64,000 nucleotides of DNA from Parcubacteria bacterium C7867-004 (GCA_001189075.1 LFCN01000006.1:460866-524865); one strand, 5' to 3'; positions 47,175 through 56,862 are shown, numbered from the stretch's first letter. Program-made: numbers and translations. The notes: a model not told the origin generated them from the sequence alone.

Positions 47175-48278
47175 ATGAAATTGTCCGGAGACCGAGTATT
47201 CGCCCTCATCGTCGCCATACTCGTTGTCGGAGGGGCGGCGATCTTCCTTTCCGCTGCACTGGGACTTCTCGCGCGCGAGGGCTCGTCGATCGGAAGGCTC
47301 GCGATAACGCAGCTCGTGCTCGGACTCATACCGGGCGTCATGGCGCTCATCGCTATCCGCTTCTCACCGCCCGAATGGATCATGAAAGCGGTTATCCCGT
47401 TCTATCTCTTCGCCCTAGTACTTACGGCAGTCGTGTTCATACCGGGAGTGGGCGTGCACGCAGGCGGCGCCACCCGTTGGATTGATATCGGGCCGGTCAC
47501 GGTGCAGCCGGCGGAATTCCTCAAGCCCGCAGTTATCCTGATGCTCGCGCTCTTTCTCGCGCAGGCCAAAGACAAGATAAAGGACTTCAAGCACGGACTC
47601 ATCCCGTTCGGGCTCATCGTTGGCGTGCCGTCGCTTCTCCTGCTCGCGCAGCCAAACACCTCGACGACCATGATCATTGGGCTTTCTGCGGCCGCGCTCT
47701 ACTTCTTGGCTGGAGCGAAGATGCGGGACTTCGCGATACTCGCGATCATGACTATCGTCGTGCTTGGTGCGCTCGTCGCGACGCGCCCATACCTTATGAG
47801 CCGTGTCGCCACCTTCATCCATCCAGAGAACGATGGGCTGGGCAGTGGGTACCAGATCCAGCAATCGCTCATCGCACTCGGTTCTGGGCAACTGCTCGGC
47901 CGCGGGTTCGGCCAGAGCGCGCAGAAATATAACTACCTTCCCGAGCCGGTAGGGGACTCGGTCTTCGCCGTGTATGGAGAAGAATTCGGCTTCATCGGCA
48001 CCGTCTTCCTCGTGCTCTTATTCCTCGCGTTCGCGACACGCGGGTTCGCGATAGCCGCTCAAGCAGGCACCGCGTTCGGTGCCTACGCCGCAACGGGCCT
48101 CACGCTTCTGATAACTCTGTCGGCATTCATGAACATAGGGGCCATGCTCGGCATCATGCCGCTCACCGGACTTCCGCTGCCGTTCGTCTCCCATGGAGGG
48201 ACCGCGCTTCTCGCAACCTTGGCTAGCGTCGGCATTATCTTCAACGTGGCGGCGCACCGCACCAAGCGGAAGATCTAG
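47175..48278 (+). CDS. ftsW: SEDS-family peptidoglycan glycosyltransferase FtsW/RodA
   Basis: 10-TM SEDS architecture with conserved FtsW/RodA segments (SDSVFAVYGEEFGFIG, PLPFVSHGGT). Confidence 0.9.
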   Translation: MKLSGDRVFALIVAILVVGGAAIFLSAALGLLAREGSSIGRLAITQLVLGLIPGVMALIAIRFSPPEWIMKAVIPFYLFALVLTAVVFIPGVGVHAGGATRWIDIGPVTVQPAEFLKPAVILMLALFLAQAKDKIKDFKHGLIPFGLIVGVPSLLLLAQPNTSTTMIIGLSAAALYFLAGAKMRDFAILAIMTIVVLGALVATRPYLMSRVATFIHPENDGLGSGYQIQQSLIALGSGQLLGRGFGQSAQKYNYLPEPVGDSVFAVYGEEFGFIGTVFLVLLFLAFATRGFAIAAQAGTAFGAYAATGLTLLITLSAFMNIGAMLGIMPLTGLPLPFVSHGGTALLATLASVGIIFNVAAHRTKRKI

Positions 48279-48355
48279 AGTTGAGCCTTTGCTGAATTTG
48301 TTGTATAGATAGGCTGTTCCTGATTGGCAGGAATTGTACAAAAGGAGCAATCCAG

Positions 48356-49051
48356 ATGAGACAAAGACTTGCAGACAACGTCTTTGCGCTCAGGAAAGCT
48401 TCTCCTGAGCTGGGCATACCACTCGTAACTCCGAAGGGAGGCGGGCACGCGATACAGAAGATCGGCACCGGACAGACAGCGCCTGTGGTGCCCTTCGGCG
48501 ACGGTCCCGAGCGCCCCGATACACCTCACAAAGTGTTGCGGAGCGCAGAACCAGGCATTAAGGGATTCAAGAGGAAGGAGTGTCTTGTTCGCCGGGTCGC
48601 ATGGATCGGGATCATCGTGCAAGTCACCGCACGCGAGCTCGACTTCACCGATCTCGTTGAGCCGCTTGCAGGCATAGCGACCTTCTGGGCGGGTGGCGAG
48701 GGCAAGGAACCCTTCGTGCAGTATGGGCCGAGATTCAGCTCCTACGAGCGGGACGACCTGTTCGTCCTTTCCGAACGTGAGTGGATTCTCGTCTGCGACC
48801 GCGAACGTCGGGTCATGTACCTCGGGTGCAAGAACGGCCAGCCGGTGTGGCGTGCGGCGACAACTGAAGAGATCGCCGATCGTGTCCATTATTACGGCAT
48901 GCACGCCGATTTCCACAGTAGTATCTTCTGGGCTAACCAGACCCTGGTTGAGCTCGGCGTCTCCAGTAAAGCGGCAGAAGTCCTGGCACGAATTCCCGGC
49001 ATAGTCACCGACGCTGACCGTGACCGATTCAGGCGGACTGGCCGGGCATGA
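48356..49051 (+). CDS. hypothetical protein inserted between ftsW and murG (231 aa)
   Basis: AAAGGAG SD 9 nt upstream of the ATG; preferred over the antisense ORF 48275..48916, which lacks any start signal; no family recognised. Confidence 0.4.
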   Translation: MRQRLADNVFALRKASPELGIPLVTPKGGGHAIQKIGTGQTAPVVPFGDGPERPDTPHKVLRSAEPGIKGFKRKECLVRRVAWIGIIVQVTARELDFTDLVEPLAGIATFWAGGEGKEPFVQYGPRFSSYERDDLFVLSEREWILVCDRERRVMYLGCKNGQPVWRAATTEEIADRVHYYGMHADFHSSIFWANQTLVELGVSSKAAEVLARIPGIVTDADRDRFRRTGRA

Positions 49052-49107
49052 CGCACATCTACATCAGCGACCTTGCCAAAAGGTCGCTGATTTTCTTTAC
49101 CCACGCG

Positions 49108-49116
49108 TGGTATAGT
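49108..49116 (+). promoter_or_regulatory. extended -10 TGgTATAGT 15 nt upstream of murG ATG
   Basis: Read directly. Confidence 0.4.
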
Positions 49117-49130
49117 CTAGGAAACAGGCT

Positions 49131-50276
49131 ATGAAAATCGTTCTAACGGCCGGAGGCACCGGCGGCCACTTCTACCCGCTCATCGCGATAGCGGAAGCGA
49201 TCAAGGCTGTCTGCGCTGAGCGCAATCTCATAGTCCCGACCATCTACTATCTCGCGGACAAGCCCTACGACGAGGCGGTTCTCTTCGCCAACGACATCAT
49301 CTACCTCGCTTCTCCGGCAGGGAAGATGCGCCGCTATGCGTCTTTCTCGAACTTCACCGATATGTTCGTAACCGCCTGGGGCACCCTCAAGTGCTTCTTC
49401 CTGCTTCTCAAGATCTATCCTGACGTCGTGATATCTAAAGGTGGATACGCAAGCGTCCCGACCACCCTTGCCGCGGGGTTGCTCCGGCTTCCGCTCATCA
49501 TCCACGAGTCCGACGCGAAGCCGGGACGCGCTAACCTCCTCGCAGCGAAAGCGGCTACCCGCATCGGCATCGCTTTCGAGAGTGCGATAGAAGGATTCCC
49601 GGAAAAGGTGAGAGGAAAGATTGCGAAGGTGGGTATCCCCGTCCGCACCGAACTCATGAACCTTCCAGAGAAGATGGGAGCGAAAGCCGCGCTCGGCCTT
49701 GATCCGACTCTTCCGACCGTTCTTATCATGGGCGGCTCCCAAGGCTCGCTCCGAATCAATGAGACCGTGCTCGACGCGCTTCCCGACATCGTCTCATTCG
49801 CGAACGTCATCCACCAGACCGGAAAGGATCATTTCGAGAGCGTGAGCCAGACCGCATCCGTTATCCTTGAGAAAGCGGGGAACACGGGCCGCTATCACCC
49901 GTTCGCCTATCTTAATGCGGACACGATGCGTAATGCCGCTTCAGCAGCGGATGTCGTTATCGCACGTGCAGGATCAACCACCATTACGGAACTCGCCATC
50001 TGGGGGAAACCGGCGGTACTCATCCCGATACCCGAAGCGGTTAGTCATGATCAGCGGGCGAACGCGTATGCGTATGCGCATACGGGAGCTGCCGTAGTGC
50101 TCGAGGAGGCGAACCTCACGCCGCACGTGCTCGCGAGCGAAGCCCGTAGACTGGGCACCACGCCTGAGCTCGCATCGAAGATGACTCTTGCCGCAAAAGG
50201 ATTCGCCAATCCTGATGCCGCACGTCTCATCGCGGAAGAGGCGATCCGTATCGCGCTTACCCACGAAAACAAGTAG
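49131..50276 (+). CDS. murG: UDP-N-acetylglucosamine--N-acetylmuramyl-(pentapeptide) pyrophosphoryl-undecaprenol GlcNAc transferase
   Basis: GT28 N-terminal G-loop (TAGGTGGHFYP) and C-terminal domain motifs (VIARAGSTTITE). Confidence 0.9.
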   Translation: MKIVLTAGGTGGHFYPLIAIAEAIKAVCAERNLIVPTIYYLADKPYDEAVLFANDIIYLASPAGKMRRYASFSNFTDMFVTAWGTLKCFFLLLKIYPDVVISKGGYASVPTTLAAGLLRLPLIIHESDAKPGRANLLAAKAATRIGIAFESAIEGFPEKVRGKIAKVGIPVRTELMNLPEKMGAKAALGLDPTLPTVLIMGGSQGSLRINETVLDALPDIVSFANVIHQTGKDHFESVSQTASVILEKAGNTGRYHPFAYLNADTMRNAASAADVVIARAGSTTITELAIWGKPAVLIPIPEAVSHDQRANAYAYAHTGAAVVLEEANLTPHVLASEARRLGTTPELASKMTLAAKGFANPDAARLIAEEAIRIALTHENK

Positions 50277-50278
50277 GT

Positions 50279-51727
50279 ATGAGCGTCCGTACTCGTTTCG
50301 CGCCCAGCCCCACCGGCTTCATGCATGTCGGCGGTGTTCGTACTGCGCTCTATTCCTGGCTCTACGCTCGCAAGCACGGCGGCCAGTTCATCCTTCGTAT
50401 CGAGGACACCGACAAAGGTCGCGAGGTAGAAGGCTCCATCGGCCACATCATGGAGTGCCTCAAGTGGCTCGGCATCGAGTGGGACGAGGGGACCGATGTG
50501 GGCGGCCCGCATGAGCCGTATCTGCAGTCAGCGCGTCTTGAGACCTATCGAACCTACGCCAAGCGCCTTATCGATGCCGGCTTTGCGTATCCTGACCCGT
50601 ACACCGAAGAAGAGGTAGAAGCATTCCGTCAGAAGGCGGAAGAGGAGAAGCGACCCTTCCTGTATCGCGACCATCGCCCGGAGAACGCAGGAGAGTGGGA
50701 CGGCACGCGCCCACTTCGCTTCAAGACGCCGATCATAAAGCGGTACGAATGGGATGACGCCATACGTGGACCGCTCTCGGCAGGCGAAGAAGCGCTCGAC
50801 GATTTCATACTCATAAAGGGGGACGGGTACCCGACTTATAACTTCGCTCACGTTGTGGACGATATCGAGATGGAGATAACGCATGTGATGCGCGGAGAAG
50901 AGTTCATCTCCTCCACGCCAAAGTTCCTCTCCTTGTATGACGCACTGGAAGAGAAACCGCCCGTCTTCGCCACAATGCCCGTTATCCTCGGCGAGAACGG
51001 CCAGAAGAAACTCTCGAAGCGTGACGGCGCGAAGGATCTTCTCGAATACCGAGACGAAGGGTACCTGCCTGAAGCTATGGTTAACTTCCTCGCGCTCCTC
51101 GGTTGGAATCCGGGAACCGATCAGGAGATATTCGGCATACCGGAACTCGTCGCGTTATTCGAGCTTGATCGGGTGCAGAAGTCGGGCGCACGTTTCGACG
51201 AGGAGAAGCTTCTGTTCGTGAATCGCGAGCACATGCGACTACTTACGGACGAAGAGTTCATCAATCGCGGGAAATTCGTAGTACCTGACCCGGAGCGACT
51301 CCGGAAAGCGCTCCCGCTCCTGAAAGAGCGCTCGCACACCCTAGGAGAGGCCCGCAGCATGCTGGATGGCGAGCTTTCCTGCCTCTTTACGGCACCCAAT
51401 TTGCTCCCCGTTATGCTGGTTGCCAAAGAGCCCACCGGACGCGCAGGACTCACCAGAAGCGCCCTGGAGCGTGCTCTGGCACTCGTTGAGAGCATGCCTG
51501 AGGATGTTTCCGCAGAAGCAGTTAAGGAAGCGATTATGCCGCTCGCTGACGAGGAGGAAGTTCTGGGTAAGGGCGGCCGCGGCGGCGTACTCTGGCCGCT
51601 TCGCTATGCGCTTTCCGGAAGCGAGCGGTCTCCGGACCCGTTCAGCCTTATATACATACTTGGTCCCGCGGAATCCGCCGCACGCATACGTTCCGCGCTC
51701 GCAAGCCTTTCTGATATACTCGGATAG
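50279..51727 (+). CDS. gltX: glutamyl-tRNA synthetase
   Basis: HIGH-type motif (PSPTGFMHVGGVRTALYSW) and KMSKS-type motif (KLSKR); full-length GluRS similarity. Confidence 0.95.
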   Translation: MSVRTRFAPSPTGFMHVGGVRTALYSWLYARKHGGQFILRIEDTDKGREVEGSIGHIMECLKWLGIEWDEGTDVGGPHEPYLQSARLETYRTYAKRLIDAGFAYPDPYTEEEVEAFRQKAEEEKRPFLYRDHRPENAGEWDGTRPLRFKTPIIKRYEWDDAIRGPLSAGEEALDDFILIKGDGYPTYNFAHVVDDIEMEITHVMRGEEFISSTPKFLSLYDALEEKPPVFATMPVILGENGQKKLSKRDGAKDLLEYRDEGYLPEAMVNFLALLGWNPGTDQEIFGIPELVALFELDRVQKSGARFDEEKLLFVNREHMRLLTDEEFINRGKFVVPDPERLRKALPLLKERSHTLGEARSMLDGELSCLFTAPNLLPVMLVAKEPTGRAGLTRSALERALALVESMPEDVSAEAVKEAIMPLADEEEVLGKGGRGGVLWPLRYALSGSERSPDPFSLIYILGPAESAARIRSALASLSDILG

Positions 51728-53074
51728 ATGCAGACGTTCCGTCAGTCACTCGCGTTTTCGCTACTCCTTCTCATTCCGCTCCTGCTTGCGAGCGTTACGC
51801 CCGCAAACGCACTTGCGCAAACTGAAGACGAGATTAAAGCGCAGATAGAGGCGCAGAACGGGAAGATCCAGCAGATCGAGAAGGAGATTGCGGAATACCA
51901 GAAGACGCTTAATGTCATCGGTACGCAGAAGCAGACGCTTCAGTCCGCCATAAAGACGCTCGACGTCTCCCGCCAGCAGACCGCGGCCGAGATCAACCTC
52001 ACCCAGAACAAGATCTCCTCGACGAATCTCAAGCTCGAGAAGCTTTCCTATGATATCGAAGATACCGAACAGCTCATCGCCCTCGATCGCCGCACGCTGG
52101 AGCGCTCGCTCCGCGACATGGCAGAAGCAGGAGACATCTCCCTCATCGAGCAGGTGTTCTCCACCGATAGTCTCACCGAAGCGTGGGTAGCGGTGGACGA
52201 CGCGTCAGCCATAAACAGCGCGATGCGCGAAAGCGTGGCGAATCTCTCCTCGGCCAAGGATGCACTCACCAGCCAGCAGGAAGATGTAAGCGCGAAGAAG
52301 AATGATCTCACCAATCTCAAGGGCGACCTTTCGAACCAGAAGAAGACGCTTGATATCGCGAAGTCAGAGAAAGATAAGTTGCTAACGCAGACCAAGAACC
52401 AGGAAAGTACCTACCAGTCCATCATTGCTCAGAAGCGAGCGCAGCAGAAAGCATTTGAAGAGCAGCTCTCGAACCTTGAGAACAGTCTCAAGTCCGTAGG
52501 ACAGGGCGCAGCACCCGTCTCACAGACCGGCATCCTCGCGTGGCCGTTCTCCGCTAGCTTCGCGCAGTCGTGCGCAGGGAAGTCGGGCGCACTGGGAAAC
52601 ATCCATTGCATAACGCAGTACTTCGGCAACACCGCATTCGCCACCGCAAACGCGCAGATCTACAACGGCGCAGGACACAACGCGATTGATATCGGCATGC
52701 CGAGCGGCACGCCCGTACTCGCCGCTCTCGGAGGAACAGTCTTCGGTACCGGCAACACCGACAGCGCGCCAGGCTGCCTTTCCTTCGGGAAGTGGGTGGT
52801 TATAAAGCACGCGAACGGACTTGCGACACTCTATTCACACCTCTCTTCAATAGGCGTCTCCTCGGGCCAAGCGGTTACGACCGGACAGGTTATCGGAAAC
52901 TCCGGCATGACCGGCTACGCTACGGGCCCGCACCTTCATTTTGGCGTATACGTGGCTTCCGGTATCCAAATAACCACGCTCGGCGCCTTCCGCGGTGCGA
53001 CCACGCCATGCGCGAACGCCGTCATGCCGGTTGCACCTAAGGACGCATATCTCAATCCGATGTCGTATCTCTAG
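51728..53074 (+). CDS. M23 family metallopeptidase with N-terminal coiled-coil (EnvC-like)
   Basis: Signal peptide, ~250-aa Q/E/K-rich coiled coil, then the M23 zinc-binding H/D/H/H residues (HNAIDIG... HANGLATLYSHLS... GPHLHFGVY). Confidence 0.85.
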   Translation: MQTFRQSLAFSLLLLIPLLLASVTPANALAQTEDEIKAQIEAQNGKIQQIEKEIAEYQKTLNVIGTQKQTLQSAIKTLDVSRQQTAAEINLTQNKISSTNLKLEKLSYDIEDTEQLIALDRRTLERSLRDMAEAGDISLIEQVFSTDSLTEAWVAVDDASAINSAMRESVANLSSAKDALTSQQEDVSAKKNDLTNLKGDLSNQKKTLDIAKSEKDKLLTQTKNQESTYQSIIAQKRAQQKAFEEQLSNLENSLKSVGQGAAPVSQTGILAWPFSASFAQSCAGKSGALGNIHCITQYFGNTAFATANAQIYNGAGHNAIDIGMPSGTPVLAALGGTVFGTGNTDSAPGCLSFGKWVVIKHANGLATLYSHLSSIGVSSGQAVTTGQVIGNSGMTGYATGPHLHFGVYVASGIQITTLGAFRGATTPCANAVMPVAPKDAYLNPMSYL

Positions 53075-53335
53075 TTGAAGATTCGAGTCCTACTCTCCCA
53101 GTTCGCAGTTTTTACAAAAAAGAAGCACCCAGGGTGCCACGAGGAAGTAATTCCTCCAGGCTCCCTCGGGCGGCTACATTCGAATTCATTTCTTGAAAAA
53201 GGGGAGATCGAGGAAGGGCAGACCACCCTCTGGCTTACCCCGAATGAGGCTCTCGAGCGCATGAAGACTGATCAGCCGAAGAAGATCGAAGGCCACTTCA
53301 TCCTGAAGCGCGAGATAGCGTTCCTAGAGGCATAG
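53075..53335 (+). CDS. small hypothetical ORF, possibly a gene remnant (TTG start in track)
   Basis: 86-aa ORF with non-ATG start directly after the M23 gene; weak similarity to C-terminal parts of Nudix hydrolases; low confidence. Confidence 0.2.
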   Translation: MKIRVLLSQFAVFTKKKHPGCHEEVIPPGSLGRLHSNSFLEKGEIEEGQTTLWLTPNEALERMKTDQPKKIEGHFILKREIAFLEA

Positions 53336-53364
53336 CTTGATTCGAAAGGATCGTAGATCTGCCT

Positions 53365-54168
53365 TTGCTATACTTCCCCCATATGGAACACCTCGGAATC
53401 GCCGCACTGTGCCTGTTCGGATATATGACCGCAGCCTTCATTGTTGCCCTTATCAAGAAGGATAATGGGGTAGCTGACGTCGCCTACGGAGGCGGCTTCG
53501 TGCTCGTTGCATGGGTAACCTACGTATTAGGATTCATGTCGCCCGGAAGCCTTCTTGCGTCGGTACTCGTTACAATCTGGGCGATACGGCTTTCCGGCCG
53601 CATTGCGAAGCGCAATCACGGCAAGCCCGAAGACTTCCGGTATAAGGAGTGGCGCGACGAGTGGGGGAAGTGGTTCATTCCCCGAAGCTTCCTCCAGGTA
53701 TTCATGCTGCAAGGAATAATTCTCTTTGTAATCGCGCTTCCGGTGATGATGATCAATACCTTTGATACATCGATCAGCATCGGCATTGTTGCGCTCTTCG
53801 GTCTTTTAATTTGGGTGAAGGGATTCGTGTTCGAAGCGATGGCTGACTACGAGCTCGACCGGTTCATCAAGAATCCTGAGAACAAAGACAAAATCATGGA
53901 CCAAGGACTCTGGCACTACAGCCGTCATCCGAACTACTACGGAGAATCACTCATGTGGTGGGGAATCGCCGTCATCGCGTTCGGCACACTCTTTGCTGCG
54001 CTTGAAGGCATCGTATTCGCCGTGTTCGTGAGCCCGATCCTTATAACCTTCCTCCTCATCAAGGTTTCGGGTATCCCGCTGCTTGAGAAGCGCATGGAAG
54101 GAAAGCCGGGATGGAAGGAATACCAGCAGAAGACGAGTGCATTCATCCCTTGGTTCCCGAAGTCTTAA
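53365..54168 (+). CDS. DUF1295-family membrane protein (steroid-5-alpha-reductase/ICMT-like fold)
   Basis: WHYSRHPNYYGE motif characteristic of DUF1295, multiple TM helices. A TGcTATACT -10 overlaps the track's TTG start, so the true start is probably the in-frame ATG 18 nt downstream (MEHLGIA). Confidence 0.65.
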   Translation: MLYFPHMEHLGIAALCLFGYMTAAFIVALIKKDNGVADVAYGGGFVLVAWVTYVLGFMSPGSLLASVLVTIWAIRLSGRIAKRNHGKPEDFRYKEWRDEWGKWFIPRSFLQVFMLQGIILFVIALPVMMINTFDTSISIGIVALFGLLIWVKGFVFEAMADYELDRFIKNPENKDKIMDQGLWHYSRHPNYYGESLMWWGIAVIAFGTLFAALEGIVFAVFVSPILITFLLIKVSGIPLLEKRMEGKPGWKEYQQKTSAFIPWFPKS

Positions 54169-54815
54169 GGAGTATCGCGAAATCGCCAGAGAACACGAGA
54201 CGCAAAGGAGCGGTGCGGAGACCACCGAAGCGCAATCGTTTCGAGCTCGCGGATGTGCACGTCCTTCGGCAGTCCGTAGATCGCTTCTATCGATCGGCGG
54301 AGTCCCAAATCTCCCGGCGAGAATACGTCATCCCGCTCGAGCGCGAACATGAGAAACATCTCGGCGGTCCAGCGCCCGATGCCCCAGATCGCGGAAAGGC
54401 GTTCGACAGCTTCCGCTTCAGGAACTTTACGTAGAGAAGAAAGATCGAGACGTTCTTCGAGTATCGCACTTGAGAGCTCTTTAAGGGTCTTCGTCTTCGC
54501 AGCTGAGAGTCCAGCCGCACGCATGGTTTCTATTGAAATAGATTGGATTGCTTCTGGCGTAACCGATCCGTTACAGGCAACCTCAAGTCGTCCCCAAATA
54601 GTGTCTGCAGCCTTGGTCGAAAGCTGCTGCCCCGTTACGGAGCCTGCGAGCGCCGCAAACAACTGCTGATAGTTGCGGCGATGCCCCTTACGTTTAGCGA
54701 GCTCATCCCAATGGGGAAGGGCAGTTTTATATAGGAGCGGGTCGGCTTTCTTTAGATGCTTCATGGCATCCGTATACCTTTTGGATTTTCCCGTTCCCTC
54801 CTTTTTGGCCGGCAT
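54165..54815 (-). CDS. alkA: DNA-3-methyladenine glycosylase II / HhH-GPD family base-excision glycosylase
   Basis: HhH-GPD motif (AIWGIGRWTAEMFLMFALERDDVFSPGDLGL) with the catalytic Asp. Confidence 0.8.
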   Translation of the reverse strand: MPAKKEGTGKSKRYTDAMKHLKKADPLLYKTALPHWDELAKRKGHRRNYQQLFAALAGSVTGQQLSTKAADTIWGRLEVACNGSVTPEAIQSISIETMRAAGLSAAKTKTLKELSSAILEERLDLSSLRKVPEAEAVERLSAIWGIGRWTAEMFLMFALERDDVFSPGDLGLRRSIEAIYGLPKDVHIRELETIALRWSPHRSFASRVLWRFRDTP

Positions 54816-54836
54816 GGGCGTAGTATACTGTCTCCC

Positions 54837-55034
54837 ATGGCCCGATTCATCATCCTCGTTATCATCGTTATAATCGTCTTTTCGTACTTCGGCATCTCTC
54901 TCCGGAGCGTCGTAGAATCACCGACAGGGCAGGATAACTTCTCCTTCGTCTGGATGTACGTAAAGGACGGCTGGGATATCATCGTCGGATTCGTCGCTGG
55001 ACTGCTTAATGCAGTGCGCAACACCGTCTCCTAG
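54837..55034 (+). CDS. small membrane protein (65 aa), hypothetical
   Basis: Internal ATG of track ORF 54756..55034, preceded by a TAGTATACT -10-like element; one TM (FIILVIIVIIVFSYF); stop lies 2 nt before the next ATG. Confidence 0.4.
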   Translation: MARFIILVIIVIIVFSYFGISLRSVVESPTGQDNFSFVWMYVKDGWDIIVGFVAGLLNAVRNTVS

Positions 55035-55036
55035 GT

Positions 55037-55306
55037 ATGGAGGAAGAACTGCCAAAGCCGAAGAAGAAGCAGCTTCCTATAGTGCTTCCGCGCGACTCCC
55101 GCGCGCACTACGTGAACGCCACGCAGGTAACCGTATCTGATGATTCAGTCATCATCCAATTCGCCTATGTAAGGCCCGGAAGCAAGGAAGGGCAGCTCGT
55201 CTCCGAGATCGCGCTCTCACCAAAACACGCTATAGACTTCAGTCGCTCGCTCGACTCCACCATCAAGAAGCATTTCACAAGGCACCTCGACGAGTTTGGG
55301 TACTAG
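55037..55306 (+). CDS. DUF3467-like small protein (89 aa)
   Basis: HYVNATQVTVSDDSVIIQFAYVRPG...LSPKHAIDFSRSL pattern resembles DUF3467; apparently translationally coupled to the upstream mini-membrane ORF. Confidence 0.4.
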   Translation: MEEELPKPKKKQLPIVLPRDSRAHYVNATQVTVSDDSVIIQFAYVRPGSKEGQLVSEIALSPKHAIDFSRSLDSTIKKHFTRHLDEFGY

Positions 55307-55411
55307 CCAATTTCCGAAAAGCTGATAATGAAGACTTCACAATCTTCATGAGGCGTTCATGCACCATACGCTATACATATGAGCGTACACAGATTAATTA
55401 ATTACAAGGAC

Positions 55412-55645
55412 ATGAAAAAGGTACTTCTTAGTGTTTTCGCGCTTGCGGCAATAGTCGCAGCACCCGCAGTTTCTCTCGCCGCAACGTACGCATATGTGAA
55501 TACCACGGGCGAAGTGCGCACTGTGGAGGCCGCCTCGGCAAACCAGGCACTCTCTACTGCACCGAACCTCGGCGTTCACAGCGGCGTGATGCTTATCGAG
55601 GATGTGTCCGACCCAGTCGTCGGCGATCGGGTAGGCGGCGTGTAA
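55412..55645 (+). CDS. small secreted protein (signal peptide), hypothetical
   Basis: MKKVLLSVFALAAIVAAPAVSLA signal peptide at the internal ATG of track ORF 55379..55645; terminator downstream. Confidence 0.45.
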   Translation: MKKVLLSVFALAAIVAAPAVSLAATYAYVNTTGEVRTVEAASANQALSTAPNLGVHSGVMLIEDVSDPVVGDRVGGV

Positions 55646-55669
55646 ATCGCTTCCGAACGTATCGATTAA

Positions 55670-55712
55670 CTGAATCCCCGGCTCCTTGGAGCCGGGGATT
55701 CAGTATTTCTTC
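55670..55712 (+). terminator. Rho-independent terminator (ctgaatccccggctcc ttgg agccggggattcag then TATTTCTT)
   Basis: 16-bp perfect inverted repeat plus T-rich tail. Confidence 0.65.
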
Positions 55713-55779
55713 ATGATTTGAACAGGGTATGTGCGGTATACTTCGATCCTTGCTTCGTAACCCAACTAATACTCCTATG

Positions 55780-56862
55780 TCTCACTCAAAACCTGAGATC
55801 TTCGTCGGTGCAGTCTTTCTCGCATTCGCCCTTATGCTTCCGGCCCCTGCGCTGGCCGCAAGCTCGAAGACCTCGTGCTTACTAACGCTTACCACACCTT
55901 CCGGCACCGCGACTGTAGCGAATGCAAAGGGTGAAGTGCTCCTTGCCGCAGGTGAGAAGATAACTATCAAATGGAAGAGTACGAATGCTACCAAAGCAAC
56001 CGATGCAGCCGGAAAGACCATCGCACTTCAAGGAACGGAAACGGACGAGCCTGAAGCGACGACCAAGTATACGTACAAGTTCTCGAATGGGACCCGCAAA
56101 GTGGAATGCGCCGTAACGGTGCACGTCGTTGAAGCCGGCATCGATCGAAGCTCGCTAAGCACTACGAGCACCAAACCGACTATCACGGGAACCGCCGAGG
56201 GAACGAAGACGGTCCGTATACTTATTAAGGACAGCAAAGGCAAGTACGTATTCAAGAGCAAGGATGTAAAGGTCCGTAACGGAGTCTGGAAGATTCCGGC
56301 CAAAAAGGCGCTTCTGAAAGGCACCTACGCCGTCGAGCTATACGGAGAGAAGAAGCTTGATCTGAATCTGATTGAGAAAGCGACTCTTACCATAGGGCAG
56401 GGTGGCACCGTCTTAAACGGCGGAACGCTTTCCGCCTCGCTTATTCCGCTCTTGTTCGGAGGAACGGCCGCAGGAGGAACTTCCGTTCCCGTAACGTATC
56501 TAAAGCTCTCGAATACCGGCAAGTCGGCGGTAAGTATCGAAGGAATTAATTTCAAGCAGAATGGTTCCGCATCGGGCGATGTTGTTATCGGCTTCGAGAC
56601 CAGCGACGACAAGGGTGGATCGATAGGGAGGTCAGGTGGAGTTGAGGGAACAAGCCCGTTCAAGAATGGAACGGCGTTCGCACCACTTAAAGCAACCATT
56701 CCACCAAGTTCGTACCGCATTTTCACCGTGAAGGCGATGCTGACCAGGAATATCGCCTCTTCCGTAGGGAAGCAGCTTTCGCTTGACGTGACTGGCGTCG
56801 ATACTACCGCAAACATTGTCGGTCTACCCGTAAAAGGAACGTCCTGGGTTCTCACGTACTAG
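55780..56862 (+). CDS. secreted hypothetical protein, probably beta-rich/Ig-like (~360 aa)
   Basis: Signal peptide (MSHSKPEIFVGAVFLAFALMLPAPALA) at the internal ATG of track ORF 55729..56862; Thr/Lys/Gly-rich. Confidence 0.5.
   Translation, partial: SHSKPEIFVGAVFLAFALMLPAPALAASSKTSCLLTLTTPSGTATVANAKGEVLLAAGEKITIKWKSTNATKATDAAGKTIALQGTETDEPEATTKYTYKFSNGTRKVECAVTVHVVEAGIDRSSLSTTSTKPTITGTAEGTKTVRILIKDSKGKYVFKSKDVKVRNGVWKIPAKKALLKGTYAVELYGEKKLDLNLIEKATLTIGQGGTVLNGGTLSASLIPLLFGGTAAGGTSVPVTYLKLSNTGKSAVSIEGINFKQNGSASGDVVIGFETSDDKGGSIGRSGGVEGTSPFKNGTAFAPLKATIPPSSYRIFTVKAMLTRNIASSVGKQLSLDVTGVDTTANIVGLPVKGTSWVLTY

Noticed and set aside
48275-48916. Minus-strand 213-aa ORF overlapping the ftsW-murG spacer gene
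   Set aside because: No SD or -10 upstream, whereas the overlapping + ORF 48356..49051 has a strong AAAGGAG SD.
53075-53110. tRNA-like T-arm sequence (GATTCGAGTCCTAC) after the M23 gene
   Set aside because: No acceptor, D or anticodon stems can be built around it; it is a coincidental match.
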